Shown here: positions 9,333-20,200 of the stretch, one piece after another | Layout of the letters: every line of letters starts with the position of its first letter | How positions within the stretch are numbered: position 1 is the first letter of the stretch | DNA from: a virus | Taxonomy: Duplodnaviria > Caudoviricetes | DNA length: 64,000 nucleotides | IMG/VR virus record: IMGVR_UViG_3300027782_000046 | Coordinates: 32,001-96,000 of that record | Direction: 5' to 3' (one strand) | Program-made: the position numbers and the translations under genes | The notes under the pieces: model-generated | The model's input: only the letters and a program-made list of their open reading frames with translations | The model's database searches: none | Told to the model about the DNA's origin: nothing

Positions 9333-12300
9333 ATGGCAGATTTAAAGATATCGCAGCTTGTCCAAGCTAATGTAGTAAATAAAGATGACCTAATATATCT
9401 TATTCAGGATGGTCAAAGCGAAAATGTATCGGCAGGTACACTATTCGCTTCGATCACCGATCCTACATTATCTGGGAACATAATTCTTGGCGGCCCCGCT
9501 CAATCTCTGTATACGTCGGGTACTATTAGTACAGCAACTACTAGAACCGATTTATATGGAGGAGTTTCCGCCGATGCAAACGCCGTTGCAAACGGCTCGG
9601 TATTACCTACCTCACTATTCTTTTATACTGAGGGAAAATCTGCTACTGGACGCGGCATATCTTTTGCAAACGGTTCGCCGTTTACAAAGACGTTATATGT
9701 TAGAGCCCAAAATAATAAAATATATTTGGGCGCTGCTCAAGGGTCTACTTTTTCTTATCCTCCAGATGATTGGGTCGGCCCTACGGGGCTTAGACCTTTT
9801 CCCTCGGGGTTAACCTTTACAAAGGGTGCAACCTACATATTTGATGTTAGTGATTCGACAAATGCTGGCAATGTAATTGGATTATCTACATCAATTGACG
9901 GTACAAATACTTTAGGACCTAGATATACTGCAAATATTACCGTAAATGGAACTGCTGGTAGTCCAGGCGCAAATATTGTTTTCACGGTTCCAAATGTTGG
10001 TGAAGATGCGGGCGGTAAAAAATATTTAGATCTTCCGCAAGGTGTTGATGGCCAATTAAAAGTTATTAACTTAGTATCTACTCAAGGTGGTAGATTTACA
10101 ATATCTAGCAATATTAGAAATAATCTTGCTATAGAATTATCAAAGACCGGAGATTCTGCATTCCTGATGTATTCGGGCAATGCTTGGTTATTAATTGGTT
10201 CAAATCCTGGATTAATAACTACATTCTCTGGTACTTCTGACGATATCGCAGAAGGGCAAAAATTATACTTTACAAATGCAAGAGCCAGAGCAGCTATTAG
10301 CGCCGGTGATGCAAGTATAACGTATGATCCTATTACAGGAACAATTAGAGCAAATGTTTCTGGTGCAAGCGCAGTTAGTCTTGCAAATGCTGATTTAAAT
10401 CTTGGCAATCTTACATTGTCAGGACAATTCCGCGGCAATCTAAATGTAACCGGATATATAAAGGCAAACGGATTAACAATACAAGGTATTGATGTAACAA
10501 ATACTGTACTTGCTGCAAATATTGTATCTCAGGTATCTACATCAAATGTATTTACTACAAATACTGCAACAGTATATGGAAACTTATTAGTTGGTGGAAA
10601 TTTAAGTGTAAATAATACTATTCTTGCAAATGGCATTGTTATTGCTGGAAATGCAAGTGCATTAAACATTGTAACAACAAGCATTACTGCAAATGTTTGG
10701 AATAATTTATTTACTGCTAATGTAAGAGAATCTGCAAGTAATCTTTATTATACTAATACTCGTGTTTACGCAAATGTAGCACCACTATTGGCATTAAAGG
10801 CAAACGTAACAGATTTAACTACTGCAAACGTAATTGAATCTGCATCAAATCTTTACTATACAAATGCTAGAGTTTACGCCAACGTATCTCCATTACTAGT
10901 ATTAAAAGCTAATGTATCGGATCTAACGACTGCAAATGTTATAGAATCTGCATCCAATCTATATTACACAAATGCTAGAGTTTATGCTAACGTATTTCCA
11001 TTACTATCATTAAAGGCAAATGTTTCTGATCTAACGACAGCAAATGTTAACGAGTTTGGTTCTAATTTATATTTTACAAATGCTAGAGTAATTTCTGCAG
11101 TTGCAAACTCTACAATAAGTAATTTAACTGTTCTTGGAAATATAGTTTCCAGCGGAAATGTTTCTGCAAGTTATTTTATAGGTAATGGTTATCTATTAAC
11201 TGGAATTGTAGCAAACGTAAATTCCGTAAATGGGAATTTAACTGTTTCTGGTAATGTAATTGCAAATACCTTAATTATTGGATCAATATCTGGCGGTAGA
11301 TTAACAGGTGCCAATTTAGTACAAACAAATTATATTTCTGCTAATATATGGCAAGGAATATACACAGCAAATGTAATTGAATCCACAAGCAATTTATATT
11401 TTACAAACGCAAGAGTTTATGCTAATGTATCTCCGTTATTAGCATTGAAGGCAAATGTTGTTGATTTAACGACAGCAAATGTAATTGAATCTGCAAGTAA
11501 TCTTTACTATACCAATGCTAGAGTTTATGCAAATGTTGTTCCTTTATTGGCAGGAAAAGCAAATGTAGTAGATTTAACGACAGCAAATGTAATTGAAATT
11601 GGATCTAATTTATATCTAACTAATGCTAGAGTTAGATTGGCATTGTCTGGTGGAACCGGTGTTGTTTATAGTAACACTACAGGCGTAATATCAATTGGAC
11701 AAAATGTTGCTACAAACGCAAACGTAACATTTGGTCAATTGAATGTTACTGGTCCGGTTAATTTCTACGGTAACGTAACGACCCACGCATCAAATAATTT
11801 GTCCATATCGGACAACATGATTTATTTGAATTCGGGATCGGAAGCATCTAATCCAGATTTAGGATTTGCTGGTAATTATAATGATGGAACTTACCACCAC
11901 GCAGGTTTCTTCCGTGACGCATCTGATTCGGGAACATGGAAAGTATTTGAAAATTATTCTCCAGAACCAGATGCCAATATTTACATTGATACTGCTCATC
12001 CATCATTTAGATTAGCAAATCTATCTGCCGGAACATTTATTGGTAATTTAACTGGCACAATTAGTTCTATAGATAACTTTACTACAAGTAATCTAAGAGA
12101 AGGCGCAAACTTATATTATACAAATGCTAGAATAGAAAGTTATTTCTCCAATATTACAACTAGTTTAATACCAAGTATTGGCAATGCACTTGATATTGGA
12201 ACTAATGATAGACCATTTAGAGATTTATGGTTATATGGTAACTCAATTAAATTCTCTAATTCTGGCTCTATAAGTTCAACGGGCAACACCTTCGTAATGA

Positions 12301-15300
12301 CGGATTCTAGTAATACCATCATTATGAGTGCGAATGCCAACGCATTAGTAATTACTTCTCCATCAGGTAAAATTGACGGAAGCTTAATTTCTTCATCTGG
12401 ATTATCAAGCGCAAATATTCCTGAAGGCGGAGCAAACTTATATTATTCTAATACAAGAGTTTTAGCAAATATAATTCCGCTATTAAATCTGAAAGCAAAC
12501 GTAACAGATTTAACGACTGCAAATATTGTTGAAGTTGGAAATAATTTATATTTCTCTAATGTTAAAGCCGTTAATGCTATTACTCAAACTGCTTTAAGTA
12601 ATTTAACTATATCCGGAAATATAGCAGCGCCAGCTGGCAATTTAGTTATAGACACAATTACAACAAATAGAATTGTTGCTAATACTTGGTCGGGCATAAC
12701 TACTGCAAAGGTTCCTGAAGCAGTTGATAATTTATATTTTACAAATACAAGAGCAGAATTAGCATTACAACCAACAATTGCAGAATTGAGAGCAGCAATT
12801 ACTGCTCCTGTCTCAAATGTAATTTATGTTGCTAAAAACGGCAACGACAATAACACAGGCAATACTGCAAGTAATGCTCTTGCAAATATTCACGTTGCCT
12901 TAGCTAGAGCAAGGGAATGGACAACCGTTTTTGTTAAGAGCGGAGACTACACCTTATACAATCAACCAGTAACAATTGGTCGTCGTGTTGGTTTAGTTGG
13001 AGATAATCTAAGAACAACTACAATTAGACCATCCCAGCCAGCAATTGATATGTTCTATGTTAATAATGCTTGCTACGTAACAGGATTTACATTTAGAGAC
13101 CATGTATCTCCTTCAGCAGTATTTTCATACAATCCAGATGGTTCTGCAGGTACAATTGTTACCAGCCCATATATTCAAAATTCCAGCTCAATTACAACTA
13201 CCGGTACAGGTATGCGTGTAGATGGCAGATATGTTTCTGGTCTACGTTCAATGGTGTGTGATTCTTATACACAAACTAATGAAGGTGGTATTGGTATCCA
13301 TATGTTGTATAGAGGCTACACTCAGTTAGTTTCTGTGTTTACAATTTGCTGCCATATTGCTATCAAATGTGAAACGGGCGGCTTCTGTTCCATAACAAAC
13401 TCTAACGCATCGTTTGGTACATACGCATTGTATGCTGACGGCGTTAGCGAGGCATTATATTATGGGAAATTAAGAGATGACACATTGGGTCAAGAATTTG
13501 TATTTACAAATCTATCACAAAGACCAAATTATGGAGACTCTATTTTATTTGCAACATACAATCAAGATAAATGTGCAAGAGACTCTGGTTTAATTGTAGA
13601 TTCATTGGCATTTGATTTGGCGTACGGCGGCAATACTCAAGCAACCTTTGCAGGTCTACAATATTGGGCACAGACAGAATCGGCAATTCCAAATCAATCA
13701 GTTGAAACCTTGGCGGCAATTAATTATGCTAAAGATTTAGCATTAAACGTAATAGCAAATGTTAGAGTATCTTATACATATCAAGGATCTAATGTTCAAC
13801 AGTATGCATCTGCACCAACATTAATTGCAGATCCCACATCGAATGTTAAGGTCGCTTCGGAGTTTGATATTATAACAGGTATTATTACCAATGGCACAGT
13901 TGGCGTAACAGATTTAATAATTCCTAATTCATATCCTGCAAATACTAATGCATATGTAAATCATGCATCGAATTTATTATATAGAAATAATACATTCATT
14001 GCATCAGAAGTTGTAGCATTTGTAAATTCTACATATCCAGGATTTACATATAATGCAAATACTTGCGCTAGAGATGTTGGATTTATTTTAGATACAATTA
14101 GATTTGATTTATTGCACGGCGGTAATAAGCAAGCAGTCCAAGCAGGTACTTACTACTACAATTATAACGCATCAACTACACAAATTAATGACCAGGTTGT
14201 ACAAACAGGTGCAGCATATAATTATATTGGTCAAATTATAACCAATGTTATAACAAAGAAAAAGAATGCGGCGTATAATCAAGATAAATGCGAAAGAGAT
14301 ACTGGTCTAATTGTTGACTCGGTGTTAATGGATCTTGCGTATGGAAGCAATTCGCAATCCATATTTGCTGGTCTGCAATATTGGTCACAGACAGATTCTG
14401 CAATACCTACACAGTCCGATGAAACCGTTGCAGCAATAAATTATGCTAAAACTTTAGCAGTTAATATCGCAAGTGATACTGTAATTTCTTCTCCTTATCA
14501 AGGAACAGTTACTCAAGTTAGAGGAACTGCAGGAACTGCTGCAGGCAAAGTTACAGATGAATTTAATTTAATTGTTGACATAATTAATAACGGAACAGTT
14601 GGTGTAACAGATAGAATTGTACCAAATTCATTCCCAGCAAATACAAATGTTGGATTAAATAATTCTGCAAATCTAATTTATTTAAACAAATCATTTATTC
14701 AAGCAGAAGTAATTGCATATGTTAACACTACATATCCAGGATTCTTTGCAAATGCAAATAACTTTATAGATGTTGCAAATGCAGAAACAAAATGCTCTCG
14801 CGATGTAGGGTATATTATTGATAGCGTTCGCTTTGATTTGCTACACGACGGCAATAGACAAGCAATACAATCGGGTACTTATTATTATAATTATAGTGCA
14901 AATGTAACCCAAATTAACGATCAAATCGTTAAGACGGGCAAAGCATACGATTACATTGCTCAAGTTGCAAATAAAGTAGTACAAAATAAAAAGAATGCAG
15001 CATACAATCAAGAAAAATGCGAAAGAGATACAGGACTAATTGTAGATTCAATTGCGTTGGATTTGGCATATTCTGGAAATAGCCAATCCACATTTGCCGG
15101 GTTACAATATTGGGCACAAACCGAATCTGCAATTAAGAATCAGTCTACACAAACAATTGCAGCAATTAACTATGCTAAGATACTGGCATCCAATATTGTT
15201 CAAAATATTACGATAACTTCTCCATATCAAGGATCGGTTACACAAGTAACAGGGTCAGCAGCTAGTCCTGTAGAAGCAAATATATACAGTGCTAGATTTG

Positions 15301-16931
15301 ATTTGTTAACAAGTATTATTACTAATGGAACCGTAGGTGTTACAGATTCTATTATTCCAAATCAATATCCAAGAACTTCTAATACTACAATTACAAATGG
15401 TGCAAATTTAGTTATTGCAAATAAATCTTTTATTCAAGCAGAAGTGATTGCGTATGTTAACACCACATATCCAGGATTCTTTGCAAATGCAAGTAATTTT
15501 ATTGATAGCGCAAATGCACAGACAAAATGTTCTCGCGATGTAGGTTACATATTAGATAGTATTACCTTTGATTTAATACATGGCGGAAATAAACAAACTA
15601 TACAGTCCGGCGTATATTATTATAATTTCAATTCTAATGTTACTCAAATTAACGATCAAATTGTTAAAACAGGGCAAGCATATACGTTTATTAGTGGATT
15701 AATTGATAAGATTATTTTAGGTAATGTTATTACTTCTACATATCAAACGGCAGTGACACAAAATACTACAGCAGCACCGGCAGCAACATTGTCAGAAGTA
15801 ACAACGGAAAGAAACTTAGTTGGAATAATTAATAACATTATTACTAACGGTCCAAATGTTATTTACGCTAGAACTCCTATTAGTTTAACTGCAAGCACAG
15901 ATGCAAATGTAGTTAATGCTACAAAATTAATAATTGCTAATAGAGATTTTATTAAGGCAGAAACAATTGCGTATGTAAACGAAACAATGTTTGATCCTCC
16001 ATATCAAATAGATGTACTTCAGGATACAACTACATATACTTCAGCAACAACTGCAGAAGCAAATGTTATTGCACAAAAAATTAGTTTAATTAAGAATATT
16101 ATTACTACCGGTCCAAATGTAGCACCGGCAAAAACACCAATTGTATATGCTCCTGTTACAAATGCTAATTTATCAAATGCGGCAAAAATCTTATTAATAA
16201 ATAGAGATTACATTAAGGCAGAAACAATTGCGTATGTAAATGCTAATTTGTTTGACCCTCCATATCAAACACGCTACAAACAAAATACTAGTGCGGCGCC
16301 TGCATCGGATTATGCGACGGCTAATTTAGTATTACAAAATATTGGTTTAGTTACAAATATTATTTCTCAAGGTCCGTCAGTTGCTCCTGCAAGAAGACCA
16401 ATTGGATTAACTGCAAATACATCACCAAATGTTATTAACGCCACAAAATTGATTCTTGCTAATAGAGATTATATTAAGGCAGAAGTAATTGGATTTGTAA
16501 ATAAAAATTGGTCAAATATTAGTAATGGTACAGGCACATATTATACAGTTAAAAATGCAACAAACCTAGTAGGAAATACTAGTACGGTCACATTATTGGA
16601 AACAATCCAAGTAGCGATACCGGCAAATACTAGCGTATCTTTCCATCAAGGAAGTTATATTTCATCAAGCGGACATACTTTTGAATATGTTGGCTCGGGC
16701 GATACTATTGCAACTGCATTGCCATATTTAGGCGGAATTCCTAAACAAGAAAATGAAATTACTGAATTGCGTGGCGGTAAAGTATTCTTTACAAGTACGG
16801 ATCAAAGAGGTGATTTTAGAATTGGTACAGGACTTGTTATAAATAGAGTTGACGGAACAATTTCTGGTCGAACATTCAACAAAGCATTGTTCGCAGTTAT
16901 GACACCATATATGCTAGCAATCGAAGGATAA
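9333..16931 (+). CDS. Giant fibre/virion protein (2532 aa): NLYYTNARV repeats, beta-helix domain, six CxRD helical repeats
   Basis: Long ORF; ~39-aa TTANVxExxxNLYYTNARV repeats; pectin-lyase-like segment (VIYVAKNGND...GDNLRTT...SPYIQN); C-terminal GHTFEYVGSG...TSTDQRGDFRIG. Confidence 0.8.
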   Translation: MADLKISQLVQANVVNKDDLIYLIQDGQSENVSAGTLFASITDPTLSGNIILGGPAQSLYTSGTISTATTRTDLYGGVSADANAVANGSVLPTSLFFYTEGKSATGRGISFANGSPFTKTLYVRAQNNKIYLGAAQGSTFSYPPDDWVGPTGLRPFPSGLTFTKGATYIFDVSDSTNAGNVIGLSTSIDGTNTLGPRYTANITVNGTAGSPGANIVFTVPNVGEDAGGKKYLDLPQGVDGQLKVINLVSTQGGRFTISSNIRNNLAIELSKTGDSAFLMYSGNAWLLIGSNPGLITTFSGTSDDIAEGQKLYFTNARARAAISAGDASITYDPITGTIRANVSGASAVSLANADLNLGNLTLSGQFRGNLNVTGYIKANGLTIQGIDVTNTVLAANIVSQVSTSNVFTTNTATVYGNLLVGGNLSVNNTILANGIVIAGNASALNIVTTSITANVWNNLFTANVRESASNLYYTNTRVYANVAPLLALKANVTDLTTANVIESASNLYYTNARVYANVSPLLVLKANVSDLTTANVIESASNLYYTNARVYANVFPLLSLKANVSDLTTANVNEFGSNLYFTNARVISAVANSTISNLTVLGNIVSSGNVSASYFIGNGYLLTGIVANVNSVNGNLTVSGNVIANTLIIGSISGGRLTGANLVQTNYISANIWQGIYTANVIESTSNLYFTNARVYANVSPLLALKANVVDLTTANVIESASNLYYTNARVYANVVPLLAGKANVVDLTTANVIEIGSNLYLTNARVRLALSGGTGVVYSNTTGVISIGQNVATNANVTFGQLNVTGPVNFYGNVTTHASNNLSISDNMIYLNSGSEASNPDLGFAGNYNDGTYHHAGFFRDASDSGTWKVFENYSPEPDANIYIDTAHPSFRLANLSAGTFIGNLTGTISSIDNFTTSNLREGANLYYTNARIESYFSNITTSLIPSIGNALDIGTNDRPFRDLWLYGNSIKFSNSGSISSTGNTFVMTDSSNTIIMSANANALVITSPSGKIDGSLISSSGLSSANIPEGGANLYYSNTRVLANIIPLLNLKANVTDLTTANIVEVGNNLYFSNVKAVNAITQTALSNLTISGNIAAPAGNLVIDTITTNRIVANTWSGITTAKVPEAVDNLYFTNTRAELALQPTIAELRAAITAPVSNVIYVAKNGNDNNTGNTASNALANIHVALARAREWTTVFVKSGDYTLYNQPVTIGRRVGLVGDNLRTTTIRPSQPAIDMFYVNNACYVTGFTFRDHVSPSAVFSYNPDGSAGTIVTSPYIQNSSSITTTGTGMRVDGRYVSGLRSMVCDSYTQTNEGGIGIHMLYRGYTQLVSVFTICCHIAIKCETGGFCSITNSNASFGTYALYADGVSEALYYGKLRDDTLGQEFVFTNLSQRPNYGDSILFATYNQDKCARDSGLIVDSLAFDLAYGGNTQATFAGLQYWAQTESAIPNQSVETLAAINYAKDLALNVIANVRVSYTYQGSNVQQYASAPTLIADPTSNVKVASEFDIITGIITNGTVGVTDLIIPNSYPANTNAYVNHASNLLYRNNTFIASEVVAFVNSTYPGFTYNANTCARDVGFILDTIRFDLLHGGNKQAVQAGTYYYNYNASTTQINDQVVQTGAAYNYIGQIITNVITKKKNAAYNQDKCERDTGLIVDSVLMDLAYGSNSQSIFAGLQYWSQTDSAIPTQSDETVAAINYAKTLAVNIASDTVISSPYQGTVTQVRGTAGTAAGKVTDEFNLIVDIINNGTVGVTDRIVPNSFPANTNVGLNNSANLIYLNKSFIQAEVIAYVNTTYPGFFANANNFIDVANAETKCSRDVGYIIDSVRFDLLHDGNRQAIQSGTYYYNYSANVTQINDQIVKTGKAYDYIAQVANKVVQNKKNAAYNQEKCERDTGLIVDSIALDLAYSGNSQSTFAGLQYWAQTESAIKNQSTQTIAAINYAKILASNIVQNITITSPYQGSVTQVTGSAASPVEANIYSARFDLLTSIITNGTVGVTDSIIPNQYPRTSNTTITNGANLVIANKSFIQAEVIAYVNTTYPGFFANASNFIDSANAQTKCSRDVGYILDSITFDLIHGGNKQTIQSGVYYYNFNSNVTQINDQIVKTGQAYTFISGLIDKIILGNVITSTYQTAVTQNTTAAPAATLSEVTTERNLVGIINNIITNGPNVIYARTPISLTASTDANVVNATKLIIANRDFIKAETIAYVNETMFDPPYQIDVLQDTTTYTSATTAEANVIAQKISLIKNIITTGPNVAPAKTPIVYAPVTNANLSNAAKILLINRDYIKAETIAYVNANLFDPPYQTRYKQNTSAAPASDYATANLVLQNIGLVTNIISQGPSVAPARRPIGLTANTSPNVINATKLILANRDYIKAEVIGFVNKNWSNISNGTGTYYTVKNATNLVGNTSTVTLLETIQVAIPANTSVSFHQGSYISSSGHTFEYVGSGDTIATALPYLGGIPKQENEITELRGGKVFFTSTDQRGDFRIGTGLVINRVDGTISGRTFNKALFAVMTPYMLAIEG
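11670..12025 (+). repeat. Domain shared with the 17264 gene (copy 1; copy 2 at ~20443-20815)
   Basis: GVISIGQNVAT...SDNMIYLN...GFAGNYNDG-x-YHHAGFFRDASDSGTWKVFENYSPEPDANI nearly identical at DNA level. Confidence 0.9.
13569..16510 (+). repeat. Three ~240-aa units with six CxRD motifs plus three trailing NRD(F/Y)IKAE helices
   Basis: Cys codons at 13572, 14064, 14289, 14793, 15018 and 15528. Confidence 0.9.
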
Positions 16932-16935
16932 AAAA

Positions 16936-17271
16936 ATGGCAACCGCATTAAATGTATTTAGAACAATAACTGCTAATATTAAAACATCTTCTAATGTAAT
17001 TTATACAGCACCTGCATTAAAAACTTGTATTGTGTTATCAATGCAAGCAACAAATGTTACAGGAAATACAGTAAGTACTACATTCTATCATAGTACTGCA
17101 TCAAATGTATTGGTTGAATTAACAAAAGATTTTGAAATTCCTACGAAAGATACTGCTAGTATTACTACAGGAAAATTAGTTTTAGAAACAGGACAAAAAG
17201 TGGTTGGAACTTGTAGCGTAAATGACGGTTTAAAATTAGTTATGAGTATTTTAGAAACAGCAAATGACTAA
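16936..17271 (+). CDS. Small beta-sandwich adaptor-like virion protein (paralog 1)
   Basis: IYTAP...IVLSMQATN...SILE; same pattern as the N-domains of 24149 and 34889 and all of 36473. Confidence 0.6.
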   Translation: MATALNVFRTITANIKTSSNVIYTAPALKTCIVLSMQATNVTGNTVSTTFYHSTASNVLVELTKDFEIPTKDTASITTGKLVLETGQKVVGTCSVNDGLKLVMSILETAND

Positions 17272-20200
17272 ACTTTTATCTGGTAGAGTAAAAAAGGTCA
17301 AAAGCGCGAACGTTCGTGCAAGTAGATACGACTTCATTGGTCTAAGTGAGACAGAGCCAGACTTAGGCTTGCCTTCGGCCAATGGTTATATTTTAGTTGC
17401 AAATACTGACGGTACTCGATCTTGGCAAGAACCTGCACACGTCGTAGATGTTGCAAATATATCAGTATCGTTAAATAATTTTACAACTGCAAACCTCAGA
17501 GAAGGTTCAAATCTTTATTATACTAATACAAGAGTATACGCAAACTTATCCCAAGCAAGCATAAATGCTTTAGTAGATGTTGATACTGCAACCAATGCGC
17601 CAACTGAAGGCCAGGGCCTAATTTGGAAAACTAATATTTGGGTCCCTGCAACAATTTCTGTTTCTAGTACAGAAATTTCCAATATTGCAAATGTAGTACT
17701 TGGCGTTGTGGCCGCATCAACCACATCTGGATTTGCAAATTCATCTGGTTTTTCTAATGTATCCGGTTATGCTAATGTATCGGGATACGCAAATTCATCT
17801 GGTTTTGCCAATGTATCGGGATACGCAAATACAACAGGATTTGCCAATGTAGCTTCCATTGCTAATATAGCTGCCATTGCCAATGTATCTGGATATGCTA
17901 ATGTATCGGGATTTGCTAATATAGCTGCCATTGCTAATGTATCGGGATTTGCTAATGTATCTGGGTATGCAAATGTAGCAAATCTAGCAAACTATGCTAA
18001 TGTTGCCGAATTTGCGAATTCTACTAATTATACAAATGTTGCCAACTATGCAACATATGCATTAATATCTACGTTAACAAATTTTGCCAATTCTGCAATT
18101 TTTGCTAACAATGCCGGATATGCTAATGTATCAGGATTTGCAAACACATCATTAGTCTCAAATAATAGTTATTACACGTTATTGGCAGAAGTTGCTTATA
18201 TATCAAATTCTTCAAATATAGCACTTAGATCCAATTTTGCAAATACTACAGGTTTTGCTAATACATCAACATTTGCAAACACGGCAACATTCGCTAACAC
18301 AACAAGTTTTGCCAATGTGGCAGCAGTTGCAAATACAGCAACATTCGCTAATACAACAAATTTTGCCAATGTGGCAGCAGTTGCAAACACATCAATATTT
18401 GCCAATGTAGCAACATTTGCCAATACAACGGGATTCGCTAATACAACAAGTTTTGCTAATTTGGCTGCTGTTGCCAATGTAGCAACATTTGCTAACATTG
18501 CAGATTCGGCAAACTTTTCAGGTTTAGCAAGTATAGCAAATATAGCAATATCTGCTAATTTTTCAACTAATTCCGGTTCCGCAAACACATCTGGGTTTGC
18601 TAATATATCAGGTTCAGCCAATGTAGCAACCTTTGCTAACACTGCAAGTTTTGCCAATACATCCGGTTTTGCTAATATATCGGGCTCGGCAAATGTATCA
18701 ACCTTTGCCAACACTGCCGGGTTTGCAAATACAGCAACAGTTGCTAATACAGCAATTTTTGCTAACACTGCAGGGTTTGCAAATACAGCAACATTTGCCA
18801 ATACAGCAATTTTTGCTAACACCGCAAATATTGCAAATCTAGTTATATCCATTGCTAATTTTACAACTTCAAATTTGGCAGAAGGTTCTAATTTATATTA
18901 TACAAATGCTAGAGTTATTTCTGCAGTTACCGGAACAGCATTAAGTAATGTAACAGTAACAGGAAATGTAGTTGCTGGTAATGTTAGAGCTGGATATTTT
19001 ATTGGTGACGGATCATTATTAACAAATATTGTTGCTAATATTAATTCTGTTACAGGTAATTTAACAGTAACGGGCAATATAATTGCCAACTCAATGGTAG
19101 TTGGTGCAGGCACGGGCGGTGTTATCACTGGTGCAAATTTAATACAAACAAATTACATTAGTGCTAATATATGGCAAGGTCTTTATACTGCAAATGTCAT
19201 TGAATCTGCAAGTAATTTATACTACACAAATGCAAGAGTATATGCAAATGTATTGCCATTATTGGCAACTAAGGCAAATGTATCGGATTTAACAACGGCA
19301 AATGTAATTGAATCTACTTCAAATTTATATTTTACAAATACAAGAGCAGTTAATGCAATAACAAATACTGCATTAAGTAATGTAACAGTAACAGGAAATG
19401 TAGTTGCTGGTAATGTTAGAGCTGGATATTTTATTGGTGACGGATCACAATTAGCAAACATCAATTCAATTACAGGCAATTTAACTGTTTCCGGCAATAT
19501 AATTGCAAATACAATTATTGTTGGTTCGGCAGCCGGCGGTAGTTTAACCGGTGCAAATTTATTACAAGCAGCATATATTGTTGGAAATGTATGGCAAGGA
19601 ATTTATACTGCCAATGTAATTGAATCTACGGGCAATCTATATTTTACTAATGCAAGAGTATTTGCCAACTTATCTCAAGCAAGCATAAATGCACTTGCAG
19701 ACGTTGATACAGTAACCGCAGTACCAACAATAGGTCAAGGCCTAATTTGGAATGGTACTATTTGGGCACCTGCATCAATAACTGTTTCGGGTACAGAAAC
19801 ATCAAATATTGCTAATGTAGTATTATCGACAGCCAATTTTACAACGGCAAATATACGAGAGGCTTCAAGTAATTTATATTATACTAATGCGAGAGTTTAT
19901 GCAAATGTATTACCATTATTAGCAACTAAAGCTAATGTATCTGATTTAACAACTGCAAATATATTTGAATTAGGTGATACTACAACAGGTAACGTATTCT
20001 TCTCTAATGCAAGAGCAAGAAACTCTATTAGCGCAGCTGATGGTACAATTATATACGATCCAATTGCAGGTACAATTAGAGCAACTGCAAATGTTACTGC
20101 AACTATTAGTGCAACTATTGATGGTTTAAATACTGGTAATGTATCGGAAAATGCTGCTTCGGGCAATCTGTATTATACGAACGCAAGAGTATATTCTAAT

